NCBI GenBank assembly: GCA_012295275.1
Contig: CM022670.1
Coordinates: 1-64,000, forward strand
DNA: 64,000 bases
Source of the DNA: Chrysomallon squamiferum
Lineage: Eukaryota; Animalia; Mollusca
Direction of reading: 5' to 3'
Shown here: positions 42,638-55,900 of the stretch, piece by piece
How the letters are laid out: every line of letters starts with the position of its first letter
How positions within the stretch are numbered: the first letter of the stretch is position 1
Program-made: the position numbers and the translations under genes
The notes under the pieces: model-generated
The model's database searches: none
What the model saw: the letters and a program-made list of their open reading frames with translations, nothing else
Told to the model about the DNA's origin: nothing

Positions 42638-44345
42638 GTCGAATTATTAATGAGAGATAACTCGAATAAGTTAACTGTTCACCATATTAACAAGTTACTT
42701 CCCTTTAAATTTCAAATGTAAACGAAAAATTAATATAAATTTTATTCACATTATAAAAATATGACCCACTAATCTTTAATTAAATAAAGGCGTATTTAAT
42801 AATAAACCAACAATATTACTTTGCATATTTTTATTCTGTAAATACAGTAATCAGGAATTTCTATTTTTATCCATCAACAGAAAGAAATGGGAAAAACAAG
42901 GATAGAATTATTCTTTTGTACAATCAAATCATATTAAAACAGTTTATTAGAACATAAATTCAACTTCGTCATTATTTTATTTTTTATTTATTTAATTTAA
43001 AAAAAAAATATATATATATATATTTTTATATTTTATAAGTAATGACTATTATTTTTACAAAATAATTTTATTTTAAATGATTTAGAAACAAAAAAATAAC
43101 ACAGAATTAATTTCACAATTTTAGTTGGAAACTGCAATTTTCTTTTGGATTTCAATTACAGTAATGACAAAGGAAATGGGAAATAAAAACAAATGTGATT
43201 TTCTCTTTTTTAAATGCCAAAACTATAAAATGTTCATCTTTTAAACAAAAATAAAGAGGCAATATATATGAAAAATAAATTGAATAACTTTGGCTTCATC
43301 CATTTAGCATTTTTATTATCGTGTCTTTAATTCTAAATCATTTTCATTTTAAAGTAAAGGAGATAAAAAAAACTTCTAACCATTTCAGCATCTCAATCTA
43401 TTATAAAAAGTAATCTATTACAGTTGAGGCAAATGTTGCTTCTAAAGCACACTTAAAACATCACCTTAATCCAGGAACAAATTGTAAAGCTTTCATTAAA
43501 TGGGCTAAAATAAGCAGTGAATTTAACATACCACCTTCCCAAGAAAACAGACCGTAACTTTAAGAATGAATGCTGGAATGATTATCTGTCTGGCCAAGAA
43601 CTAAACAAAATAACTACTTATTATCAGTAGAAAATCCTGAATTTTTTTTAGGGCAGTGAGTCTTGCATTCTAAATAACCAAAATTTTTCAGTATAAAAAG
43701 GGCTATTTTCAAAGAAATACAGAAACAGATTCTCTTGAATATTTTGAGGAATTTATGAGAGAGAACAAATTTAAAATGTTTGTGTACATAGGTTAGAATA
43801 ATAGAATTATTATTATTTTTTTTTTAAGTATGTGAATGAATAGAAAAATTCGAAATCCCTAAGACTCTGCTCTGGAATCAGAAACATATTGATAAACCAG
43901 TTAACCTTTACATTTCAACAACTGTCACTATTAATGAAGAATTAAACTGCATCAGACATATTAACCAATCAGGTTTTGAAAATGATTATTAATACAAATT
44001 ATTACAATGTTTTAATAAAGACTATACAAATTTACTTTCATAAGTTACCACTTTATAACAGAAATAAAATGGATTAACACAATCTGTTTGAAATTAAGCT
44101 GATTTTAATGCAAATTTAAGAGTTAAAACAAATATTTAAATCTGATTTCAAAAAATTCAATCACCTTCCAGTACCTTCAATTTTTTCATTTATAAACTTT
44201 TAAAAAGAATTAATAATAATTGTTTCTGTTTCTAATTTTCAGTAATAACAATGGAAGTCTCAAAATACTTCAGGTTTAATATTAATTACAAAGACTCAGT
44301 CTGTAATGAGTTGGCACATGTAAATGTACAGAAGATCATCACACT

Positions 44346-46234
44346 TCAAGCACTGTTGTCTTCTTCATCATCATCTCCATCGTTCAAACACTTTTCAACA
44401 GTGGCAAGTCTGGAATTCATGGCAACAATTATAGCCTGTACCTGGAACAATTCAAACATCAGTTGTTTAACAGAAATACAAATTCACAGAACTGAAACAT
44501 ATTTAAAATTTATTTGTTAACATGTAAACAATGAGACAAGAAATAGTTAAATCAAATCACAACTTGATGCTGAGTTTTTAATGTGCTCCTAATGGCAACA
44601 TTATTTTATCACCATCAAAAGTTTTCTTTTCTTTTCAGAACAGTGCTTACTTTGACTAATAAACCTTTCAAATTATAAAAGAAATTTGTTTAATTATAGC
44701 AAACACCTAATTCCCCAATTTTTGTCAAAGTAAACATATTGTGCTCTTATTCACCAAACCATTTAAGTATCTTTCTAATGTATTGTGAAACATGACAATG
44801 ATCAAACACACTATTTCTGAATTTAAATAGCAAATAGAAATGGAAATAAGCAAATAATTTTGCTAAAACCTATGATTTTTAGATAGATATATCCTTTTAA
44901 AATGTTGTACTTTAATGATTTTTACATTTCTCCATCAAATTCTGAATCTAAGATTTCCGGACACTATGCTAGATAGTAATTATTTCTATCTTTGAAAACT
45001 TCAACAACAAACCTTTTTCATGTGCAATCTCATCTCCTGCATGAATTCTGATGGTAAAGTCAACTGCTTACATATTTCTGATGCCTTTGATGTCTGTGTC
45101 CGACTTCCAACCTGGTAACTGAAGAACATAAATAAAAATTAAAATTTATATTAAGAAATATTTATACAATATTATTTTGCAATAGTGTCATGATATTTAT
45201 TTTCATTTCTGACAAAATTTTAAAAAGTTTTAAATTTATTTTGCCCACATCAAAGTCAGGGAAAACCTAGGACAATATTTATAAAAACATTTCTTTTTGG
45301 TTGATTTCTATCTTTCACTCCAAGTTGTTTTTACCTGATTAATTTGTGCGTGAACAAGGAATAATGACTTCGAACCATGTCAAGTTTCTGGTTTGTTGTG
45401 TGATAGAGTCTTCCTATTATAGTTTCACACCCACAACACCTCAATTCATTGTAGGAACTAAAATATAAAACAAAAACTTACGAAATTTTAAATTAATTTC
45501 AGTTCTATGAATTTGTATTAAACTTTTGATTGATAATAATAATTTTGTAAATTAGTCTTTTGTTATTTATTAAACAGTATGACATTAGTAGTCTTTTAGC
45601 AGTCAAACTTACAACTGCTTTCATTTTACAATTTGAGAACTGTATAAAGATTACACTTTAAGAAAGGAATAAAAGTGATTTTGTTTAATAACTGAATTAT
45701 TCAACAACTTAATTTAATTTCCTTTCAAAACAGTTTCTAGTATTTTCACTATATTTGTTTTTTCACAGGTGCAGTCAGAGCAGTGGCTGATGGCTCCAGT
45801 TCATTCAATTTACACATCCTTTTCAATATGAACAACCATTGTTCTAAAATATACTTGCTGATAACTGATTGTAAAACTATTAAAATACATTTGTTTATTA
45901 TTATTCAAATTTTAAACAAGAATTTTGTTGTTAATAATGACAAAAATTGAAATTAGTTATAAAATTAAAAATATACCTCCCAAAATCAACTGTTGATGGA
46001 GCAGTGCAGGTAAACAAATCTTTTTTTACCATTACAAGTTTGGTTACACCTAGTAAAATTAATCAATAAACTAATTAAAAATAAAAAGAGAATGAAAAAA
46101 AAGTGATCTGGAAAATGCTCTTATGGATTCTATATGTATATTTAAAAAATGTTATAGCTTTATTTGTCTGTAATGTTCTCTAAAATATAAGAAAACTGTT
46201 TTAAATAAAAAGTAACCTGAAGTTAAATCATGTA

Positions 46235-46292
<58 letters not shown>

Positions 46293-46635
46293 TATATGGT
46301 TTGAAAACGAAATAAATAAATCACTTTTAAAAACATTAATTTAATAAAATTTTAATACAAAAAGATTGTTTTGTTTTACATACATATATATAATATAAGT
46401 ATTTTTCTTTTATAACGAATATTCAATATAACACTTAGGTTTAACAGTCTTGTTTAATTATTTTATTAAAAACTTCGAAAAAGAAAAACTTAATGTGCAG
46501 TGTTATGGTCTTCAACGATTCATTTGTGCAAACCCATGCTGTGCTGTCTCCCAAGATACTTTTACAAGTGTCACATTGAAAAACAAATGGTCCATCGTCC
46601 GAAGACTTATCATTTTCATCCGACTGGACTTCCAT
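44346..46635 (-). CDS. Mis18: Mis18 family centromere-licensing protein (Yippee/Mis18 domain + C-terminal helix), 5 exons, 179 aa
   Basis: Exons 46635-46494 (…PFVFQCDTCKSILGDSTAWV…TITLH), 46049-45977, 45457-45335 (YNELRCCGCETIIGRLYHTT…), 45118-45013 (SYQVGS…) and 44441-44346 (VQAIIVAMNSRLATVEK…*). Two CxxC motifs, VFxC..C...LGDS and SYxxGS match MIS18A/OIP5. The intron 1 donor reads TTAAGT; all other sites are GT-AG. Confidence 0.9.
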
Positions 46636-46659
46636 ACTATTTCGTTTTAAACTTATATT

Positions 46660-46672
46660 TTCAAGTTCCCGC
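46660..46672 (-). promoter_or_regulatory. Candidate E2F-like site with adjacent CHR-like element (GCGGGAA-CTTGAA) upstream of Mis18
   Basis: The minus strand reads GCGGGAACTTGAA about 25-37 nt upstream of the ATG. E2F/CHR motifs are typical of cell-cycle genes. Short motif, not validated. Confidence 0.45.
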
Positions 46673-46950
46673 AACTTTATTTTGAGATTTCCACTGGTTT
46701 CCCTATACAGCTGCGCGTTGCTAATTTATTACAGTTCACAGCTATATACTTCACTAAAATTTCTTTCTGAATTTAAGTATCAAAAAATAAATAAAATGTC
46801 ATTATAAATATATAAAAAAAAATTATTTTTTATTTTTTTAAGTTGTATTATGATACCTTTGGTCGCAAAACTTTCAGTTATGTTTATTTTATTTTTTATT
46901 TATTTTAATAATTATATTCAGTCTGATACATTTTGAAATCCTTTATTGAT

Positions 46951-46952
<2 letters not shown>

Positions 46953-47014
<62 letters not shown>
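46953..47014. repeat. (GA)n microsatellite in the Mis18/ASB divergent intergenic region
   Basis: Perfect GA run. Confidence 0.95.
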
Positions 47015-47017
<3 letters not shown>

Positions 47018-48453
47018 TTCCTGATAAGATTCATTAATGATACTCGTTTTCTTCTACACAGATACATCTAAATCCGAGCTAAGTAATTGGACGAACCAGT
47101 CAATTTGTATTTTTGTGCTTTTATTTCCAGTTGAGTAAAAAGAGTTCAGAAATGACTTTGGTTTTGTCAATGTGGGGTTCCGAAGTTCAATTGATATCAC
47201 ATATATTAATTTTTAATTTTATATACATAGAAATATGATTCTTTGACAGAAGTAATGAAAAAATATGGGTTGTGTTTTTTCCGTCTTCCAAAATACTGTT
47301 TTGGCAAGTAAGTGTATATAAGTTTCCTGCTGGTACTAGTTGTATTAGTACTAAGCAGTTGTAGCAGTAGTAATACTAATAATACTATTAATAGTAGTAC
47401 TCGTAGTACTAAACTTGGAAAATGACACATTCACTTTCGTGACATTGCAGATTGCACTTTCTTATGTATAATATACTAACAATAAAACTTTTAAAAAATG
47501 ACTGAACAGAATAATTTTAAAAATAATCATAATAGTACTAAATAGTAGTTGAATATTAGAATGTTAGTACTAGTACTAGTGGTTTAAGTCTAACTCTCGT
47601 TAGATAAGGTTTTACTTGATATTTTACTACGATTTATCTTTTAATCAAATTAATACTAGTCTTTTTTTCTTTTTCTTTCGTATTTGTTTTTAATGTTTTT
47701 AATATATATATATAAAGTAAATAGCTTTTTTCATTCATGCAGTTTTGTTTGTAAATGAAATAATTAAACAAAAGCAAATCATAATATTTAAAAAAAAAAA
47801 GCTGTATACTTTTCCAAAATTAGAGGTGTTTTATGCAATCACACCAATTATCATGGTAGCCCATATTATCACCGGAAAAAATTGGTTGATTTGCCAAGCC
47901 TTTCAAGCAAAAATAGATTAATAGTTTTAACTTCTTTTTTTATATCTGCATTAATGGTAATACAAAAAATATGTAGCAAAATATCCAGTAAAAACCTCTC
48001 CTAACAAGTTTAAAAAGGGGTAAAAACCTATACTGAAATATTACCTAGAACTAAATTTGGTAAATTATTTATTTTTGTTCCTATATTCACATTCACTATC
48101 ATATTACTGTTCAGTACCTTGTAAATTATATATATCATTATATGATTATCAATGTTAACTTGTATCACCAGAAACTGATAATAAATTGTTATTATACATT
48201 GATATTATCCAAGCATATGGACATTTGCAACATTATTTATTATAAACAACTGCAGTTTAAATTTATTATAATGTTTTTAGTTATGTGTTTTTGTTCTTTC
48301 TACTTTATTTCATTTTATTAACTCATAAGTTTAATTACTAATTAAAGAATTATAGAAATATTTTAGCTGTTAGAGAATCTTTTATCTGATATATAATCTT
48401 AGACTGTATTTTATATTTTGATAATATATAAATTTACAAAATTATAATTATTT

Positions 48454-49863
48454 ATGGATGTGTCTTCAGGGAAAGAAGGATCTATGTTTGGTAGTAAAAC
48501 AAGAAGCAAGGAGGTTTTAGTGCAGACAACATCAACAAGCATAATTAATAATGCTACCAAAGAAAACCTCACCAGAAACAATAGTGGTATTTATGAAATT
48601 GCCTCTCTTGAAGAAGCTGTTAAACACAGAAACAAGGATTTGCTTCAAGAGCTGATCAGCCATGGAGTTGTCTTCCAAGTTCTCCGAATCCTGGACAAAA
48701 GTTATGTCAACCCTGTGGAAAAAGCATGCATTCTTGGATACACTGACATTGTGAAGTTGTTTCTTGATAATGGCTGCAGCCCTAACCTGCCAACTAGTTG
48801 TGGTAGACTCATACACTCAGTTCTTGAGGCAATGAAGACCAGTTCCATCCCCCTTGCTGAAGGACGGCAGCTTGTTCATTTTCTTTGTCAGTCTGGGTGT
48901 GACGTTAATATCAAAAGCAAACATGGAGCTACAACTTTGCTGCAGGCAGCTGAGTTTGGTGATGCAGAAGTGCTGGAAACAATTTTGAAATATTGTCAAG
49001 AAGCTCAGATTACAAAACAGTGTGGTGGAAGCCAGTTCAGTCCTCTTCATATGTCATGTATGAGAGGAGACCTTGACTGTGTTCAGGTGTTGCTAAAACA
49101 TTCAGCCAGCAAGCACATCAACCTTCGAGATGCCAACAGAAACACTGCACTGATTCTGGCTCTGAAGTCCATGTTACATAATTTGAATTATTTAAATTCT
49201 GCAAGGAGAAACATTGAAAATGGCATCACCAATCCACAGGATAAGGATCTGGTGCGCTCTAACTTATTAAAACTGCAGCATAATTCTATAGGAATTGTGG
49301 AAGCTTTGTTGTTAGCAGGAGCTGATCCAAACTGTTGTTGTTACACTGGAAGAATGAGACATTCTGATCACTATGACTTTCTCTTTGTACAATCAACACT
49401 TTATTTTGCTTTACAGCTGTGTGTTCTTGATGACACAAGAGGATTTCAAGATTCAGCACCAAGTGATGAGTTTTCACACACACTGAAACTGCTCAGTCTG
49501 GAAAATCTTGAGGAAGTTGAGAAATGGACAAGCAGCACAGAGAATTCAGACACATTTAAAAAACAAACTGTTGATTCTCCTTATGCAGGAGTTGTCAGAC
49601 TTATTGTCCTCTCAGGTTTCAATTTAAACTTGGTTTCTGAGGATGAGATTCTTATGAGTGTGAAACCTCAGTCATATGTCTCTTTATTAGATGAAATCTA
49701 TGAGTTCTGGAACAAGTTCAAGATGCAGAGACCAGCCAAACTGATGCATATGTCTAAACAAGTGATTCGAATTCATTTATCCCATCTGCAGAGACTGCAT
49801 AGAATTGAAGAGCTACCATTGCCATTCAGAGTCAAAGAATATCTCAAACTTAACTATTTATAG
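48454..49863 (+). CDS. Ankyrin repeat and SOCS box-containing protein (ASB-like), single coding exon
   Basis: 469-aa ORF with ankyrin repeats (ACILGYTDIVKLFLDNGCSPN, SPLHMSCMRGDLDCVQVLL, NTALILA, LLLAGADPN) and a C-terminal SOCS box (PAKLMHMSKQVIR…IEELPLPFRVKEYL). The true start may be the ATG at 48484, after acceptor TCTTCAG at 48469. A candidate 5'UTR donor GTAAGT lies at 47308. Confidence 0.92.
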   Translation: MDVSSGKEGSMFGSKTRSKEVLVQTTSTSIINNATKENLTRNNSGIYEIASLEEAVKHRNKDLLQELISHGVVFQVLRILDKSYVNPVEKACILGYTDIVKLFLDNGCSPNLPTSCGRLIHSVLEAMKTSSIPLAEGRQLVHFLCQSGCDVNIKSKHGATTLLQAAEFGDAEVLETILKYCQEAQITKQCGGSQFSPLHMSCMRGDLDCVQVLLKHSASKHINLRDANRNTALILALKSMLHNLNYLNSARRNIENGITNPQDKDLVRSNLLKLQHNSIGIVEALLLAGADPNCCCYTGRMRHSDHYDFLFVQSTLYFALQLCVLDDTRGFQDSAPSDEFSHTLKLLSLENLEEVEKWTSSTENSDTFKKQTVDSPYAGVVRLIVLSGFNLNLVSEDEILMSVKPQSYVSLLDEIYEFWNKFKMQRPAKLMHMSKQVIRIHLSHLQRLHRIEELPLPFRVKEYLKLNYL

Positions 49864-52800
49864 TTTGACAAATATAGATATTGTTTTATGTTTCCTGCAC
49901 TTTTCATTTGATGTATAATCAAGATATCCTCTGTTTCATGGGATATTGTGGAAAAAAATATTTAAAAATCTGTGTCCTAAGATTTCTAAATATTTAGTTA
50001 ATTTTTTTTTTTTTTTGTCTTTTTAATATTTTATTGTAAATTAAGTGGATTTTTTATTTAAATGGCTCATTTTTTAAGGTATCATTTCTCATCACTGAAT
50101 ATTATTATTATTATTATTATTATTATTTGACAGTGCAGGATACAAATATCAAATTACAATACTTTTAATGTGTTCCATATTTTATTTTACACTTTCTTTT
50201 AGCTACAAATGTTTGCCGAAGAAGATTGCTTAGTGAGTAAATTAAGGGATAATATATAACAGAAGGATTTCTGTAGTTATTTCTTTTATCAACAACATTT
50301 TAGCAAATGGGAACATTTTCTGAGGCTCCTTAATTTGTTTTAAAAATGAACAAGATATTACTTTTTTTAATAATTTATTTATATTTCTCAAATATATATA
50401 TATACATTGTACATGATGAATACATATTATTACTTGATGATTACTATCTTCATCATTGTTAATTATATGTTTTGTCAGAATTTCATATAAGTTGTAATTT
50501 GTATATTCTTTATTTGTTTTATTTTTTTTTATTTTTTTTTTTTTTTTTTTTCATTAACAAAATATCTTTATTTATGTTACTGAGTGTACAGTGAATATAT
50601 TTACATTTTAGAAGCAGCTTTAAATTTACAACTAAAATATTTTCAAATTCTTTGATACCATGTCATTTCAATTTTGTAAACAAGTAATTAAGCAATGAAT
50701 ATTTGTTTTATTTTGCTGGTATTTCATTAGTAATATGTAATTTATATATAATTTATAGAATATGAAGTGAGAGTGTGTGTTTCATCTTGTTAGATGAAGC
50801 TTGCTTACAGTTAGTTAATTCTACTAAATTGGAATGGCAGATACTTCTAAGCAGTGTATCATTTATATGATAAATGCAGCTTGAGGAAAAACAGAAACGT
50901 AATAATTATTACAATTTTTTTTTAAATATTTTTTTTTTAATTATTTTAGTTTTATATCCAAAAAAATTTGGATAGTGCTGAAAAATGAGTTTTCATTAAA
51001 TTATTTAATTTCTTATAATATTTATAATTATTATTGTTTTTATTTTTATTATTATTCTGATCTCAAATAAATTACTAAAAAAAAAAGAAGAAAGAAATGT
51101 AGCTTAAATAGCTGTATTTCTCTCACACACACACATGCACAAACACAGAAACAGGCCATTACTGCATAAAAACAAATCTCAGTAATGTTATATCTAATTT
51201 ATTGTAAACTATGCTTTTAAAAATGAACAGTCAGAATAAAAGACATGTATATTGTTTTCTTTGTTTTAAAAAAAAAAAAAAATATATATATATATTTTCC
51301 ATCTTTACAATGCAAATGACAAAAAGCTTTTTTTAAAATAGTCAAAATGTACACAGAGATAAATGAACAAACATATTTTGTGTTTTTTGTATGTAAGCCG
51401 ATAAGGATGTAGTACATACAGTACTTACCTAAATATAGCATTTATATTATTTGTAACTTGCAAGCAATCTTTGTTAGTTATAAAGTATAGGTTCCTAGAA
51501 GCAGACATTCCCTCTTTTGTTATCCCTATACATATGTATATATAAAGTGCTCTAATAAAAATACATAATGGATGTGCATGAAATAACAGGTTCAAGGAGA
51601 ATAAATATCCCTTCCTAAGATCTTCACCAGCTTGGTATGTTATATTGGTGAAGGTTGGAAAAATAACCAAAGCAATCACTTAAAAGTTTATGAAATGCAT
51701 CTAAGCTGCTTGTACATACCTATGATGGTAAATCGTTTTTTATCTTATATAGTAAGGCCCTTAGCCATACCCTAACAGGGCCTCGTTCAAGCTAGGAAAG
51801 TTTTCTCAGTGATATTTAAATGTACTGTTTTCTGTGTTTCTTTAACATAGCAAATTGGTCCTAACTTATTTACTAAGCCACGGATTGCAATTTAGTTTAT
51901 ACATACTCGTAGAATTTGCTGGTAGCTATTTTTTTTTTACTTATTATAATATTTTATATTGTTGTTCTTTTAAGGTACAGTTTTTGAAAATGTTGGTAAC
52001 ATATTTAATATTTACCTAAATGGCTTACTTTAATATAGTTTAACATCTCATAATTAACCTATATGTATCCTTAAAGTAAGTAAATATGTTAACCATTCAT
52101 TTCTACAAATATTCCTAACAATATGTATTAATTAAATATCTACTGTTAGTTAACAGTAACCCAATTACTGAAATCACCTAACAATTAAGAATCACTAGCA
52201 AGAGACAAAAGGACTTTTTGTCAGCTCCGCTCTGCTGACTTCAGGGAAGTCCACAACATGTTTATTTAAGTAAAAGACAAAAGAGCCCAGGAAACAGAGA
52301 AGAACATACACAGAACAAAGAGAAGACACGGGTAGGATTGAGGAGTTGGCGGCCATTACTGGGCAATTATGTCGGTAACTATATTCCACATTATCTTTAA
52401 ATCAGAAGCAGGGGCAATTTATTATTCTGTATGTTCTGTTTTATTTGTTGATCAATTTGATGTAACCTGTATATGCTCCATAGAGAATTTGAGTTAAGTA
52501 TTTATTTCTAACAAAACCTGTTAGGGAAAATTAAAAGAATTAAGAATTATAGTATTTCGTTTAACACCAACTCCCATGTCCTCAACCACTAAATAATAAG
52601 AATACATGTATAAAATAAATAATTATCTTCGTAATATAAATATTGTCTTTTGTTTTGGTGTTCACAGTGGATACTTGATATTATATATAGTTTATATCTA
52701 TAGTATATGCAAATATATATATATATATATCTGTTATAATCAATCATCACAGTTTCTTAATTACACAGTCAGTGGGTCCACCAAAGGCACAAACTCTAGA

Positions 52801-52998
52801 CAACAAACAAGCCATATTTTGATAGGGAATCTACCTCTTGAAAGCTAACACCTCTTATGCGCTGGGTCCCATGACAATACCAGACCATTTACAATTCTAA
52901 GTAAATTCATTCAAATAGTTTCTAAATAAGATCAATTATGTTACACGAATTACTTTGATTTTTGGGGAAAATCATTATATCAAATCCCTTAAAATTTG

Positions 52999-55900
52999 TC
53001 AGTTCATCATTGTTGGATGGTTTTGAGGTGTTTTTCTTTTAGTGTTTACTTTATTCTCAAAATCAAAGCATTGTTTGGTACCTGCCTGGCAATCCAACAA
53101 CACTATAGCACCCAGCAGTGATATTAGAATGAACAACCCTGAGAATCCAAGCGTAACAGCAGAAGGTCGATAGTCATGGACACTGATCTTTTTACGTACA
53201 GTAGAAGACAGTCTGGCTGTTTTCACTCTCAGTTTGTCCTGCAGCATTCTCATGAGAGTTCTTATATCTTCTTCAGTTCTGTTTGCTGACTGCAGAATCC
53301 TTGTCTTGGAAATGCAAGAGCAGGAACAGTTGTATGATGTAGACTCTGGAGAAGAACTTAAAGTTGCATGTGGTGCAATGGTTGAAGAGAGTGTACCAAC
53401 ACTTGAATCAGCCGTTTGGGGCATATAACTGGACAGAAGTGGTGTTGCCTTGACATATGAAGAGTCTGCCAACAGGTCAAAGGAAGAAAACAAAGTGTCA
53501 GTTGTGATTACACTGTAATCATGAATGTCAGATAGGCTCTGGGAAGTCTGAAGAGTTGAATCGAGGACAGTCTCTGTGATCGCTGGTGACTGACTTATTT
53601 CAGCAGGGATCAGTTCTGATACTGCAGATGAAAGGATGACAGGTGTTTCAGTAGGAACAGCAGTGTCTGGAGTCAGAAATGATACTTCAGTAATGAATTC
53701 ATCAGTTACAGTTGACATCAGTGATGAAGAATTAATTTCTGCAATATAATATACAGACAGAACATATCAAATTTAAATTTTGTTTCATTATTAATTTTAT
53801 TAATTATCCACATTCTTTTCACATGTGTAGGTGTGTAAAATAAATGCACCAAATTGTAATCCCAAATTGTTATTAACTATGTAATATGAACAAAATATTA
53901 AGGCAATGCTTATAAAATATATTTAATGCTCTTAATTTTAGCTGTGGTGTTTCAACATCCTTTACCTATAATGTTACATAATGTGCCTTTGAATCCAGGT
54001 TTACAAATGCATACAAAGCTTTTTTCCAGGTTCAAGCAGGTTGCATCGTTCATACATTGTTGTTCCAAGCAGCTGTCATTAACTAAGAAGTAAAAATAAT
54101 TAATAAAATAAATAAATAATTAATTAAATAAATAATAATAATCCTCAAAGTAATATTGTTTAGTATCAGCACATTTTATTTTGTCATAGTAAATCAAGCA
54201 GTTGTGAATGTAGATTATAACAGCAACAGTTTGGATACAACACTTTTAAATTATTGTACATTTATACTAGCAAAAGAAATGTATTAAAGATTTGCTAATG
54301 AAGTCTTATTGTAATTTAATTAGGAGGCTTTACCATATCACAAATAATAAATAAAATTAGAACATAATTTCTCATCATTCAACAGAAACATACCAGAAGG
54401 TTCCAACTTTCGCCCAGCTGCAATGCGTCCAAAAGATATTGCACTGGAATTAAGACCAAAACCATATATCTGCAATCCAAATTCTGTGTAATTGGGTGAC
54501 CAAATGCTATGAATGCCATAATCCAGTCTGACCTGAAGCACAGTCAGATTCATTTTCTGATGAACTGCTACAACAACAGCATCTTTATGAATCAAAAAAG
54601 TCTGATCAACGACAATGAAATCGACAAAATTAGTAGGAACTACCAATGATACATAGCCCTGAAAGATATTTAGAACGTACAGACCATAGTACATGTGGAA
54701 TCCGTCAATAGGCGGAACTAACAGCATTGTCGAATCACCAACGAAATCAGCGGAAAAACTTTTAGCATACTGCATCAAGAGAACTCCATGATTTGCATTG
54801 ACGACAGCACTCTCGTTTGATGCAATTTCCCATTCGTAGAACTCTCCTTTGTTGAGTCGGAAACCATTTCCGTCAATGAAAACAAAAGTTAGGTCATAAC
54901 CGGCTATCACACGAAAAATGTCGCCAGCAGTGCGACCCATCAGTGGCGCCGTCACAAACTCCGTACCCCATTGGTCGATTGACGGTATTTGTTCCATGAT
55001 GTGATCGCATGTTGTTGCAGTAATTGGTATACTGGCACAAGTAGCACCAGAAAATAGTGACATGGGTTTATCACTAGTCACCTGAGTGCCAGTCACATCA
55101 GTTGCCGCAGCTAGTTGGATCACATCGTGTTTGTTAATCACTGCCTTAACTACAGCTCCATTAGAATACTGCGTCCCGTGAAAAGAAACTGTTTCTGACG
55201 TGTTGGCTAATTTGATAATGATAGTTATGTAAGTTTGGTTATACGAGGCCACGAAGCCCACTAAAGATTTGAACTGAACGTCAGGAGAAATGGTGTAAGA
55301 GACAGCCATGTAACGCCATTTTACACCATCCACGAGTGTTTGCACTGGAAAAACAATGCTGGAATCGTAAGAGGTTGCTTGTGAGTTGATGATGTTGACG
55401 TGAACATTAGACTTGGTTAAAACCCTCAATCCTTTCGGCTGTATCGTGTCAATGGTTGCTTCAACACTAAAGGAAATAAAAACAATGTTAAAGATTCAAA
55501 ATCTCTTACCCTTTTTTTCTCTCTTTAGAAATATATATAATTCTAAAACGGGAATGCATTTTATTATCTAAAAACAAAAGCATATTTTCAGACACGATTT
55601 TTTCCCCTCCCTCACAGTGTATTATTCTGATTACACACTGAAACATTCCCAAATCCAGTATTTTTAATACACCTACTCAAATGCACTTGACAGTTTCACG
55701 GTAAGTATCCCTTTTGATCTAATTAGTCCTTGAATTGGTAGCTTAGAATACGGACCATCCAAAATGACTTCGCTATTAGGCTGTCCAAAAATCATGATAA
55801 AGAGATCTTTGACATAAGCATTGGACGTGAATACCAACTCAAAATCATGTCCATAGGCTATCCAGGAAGAAACACCTGTAAGAGAATCACGAATAATTAA

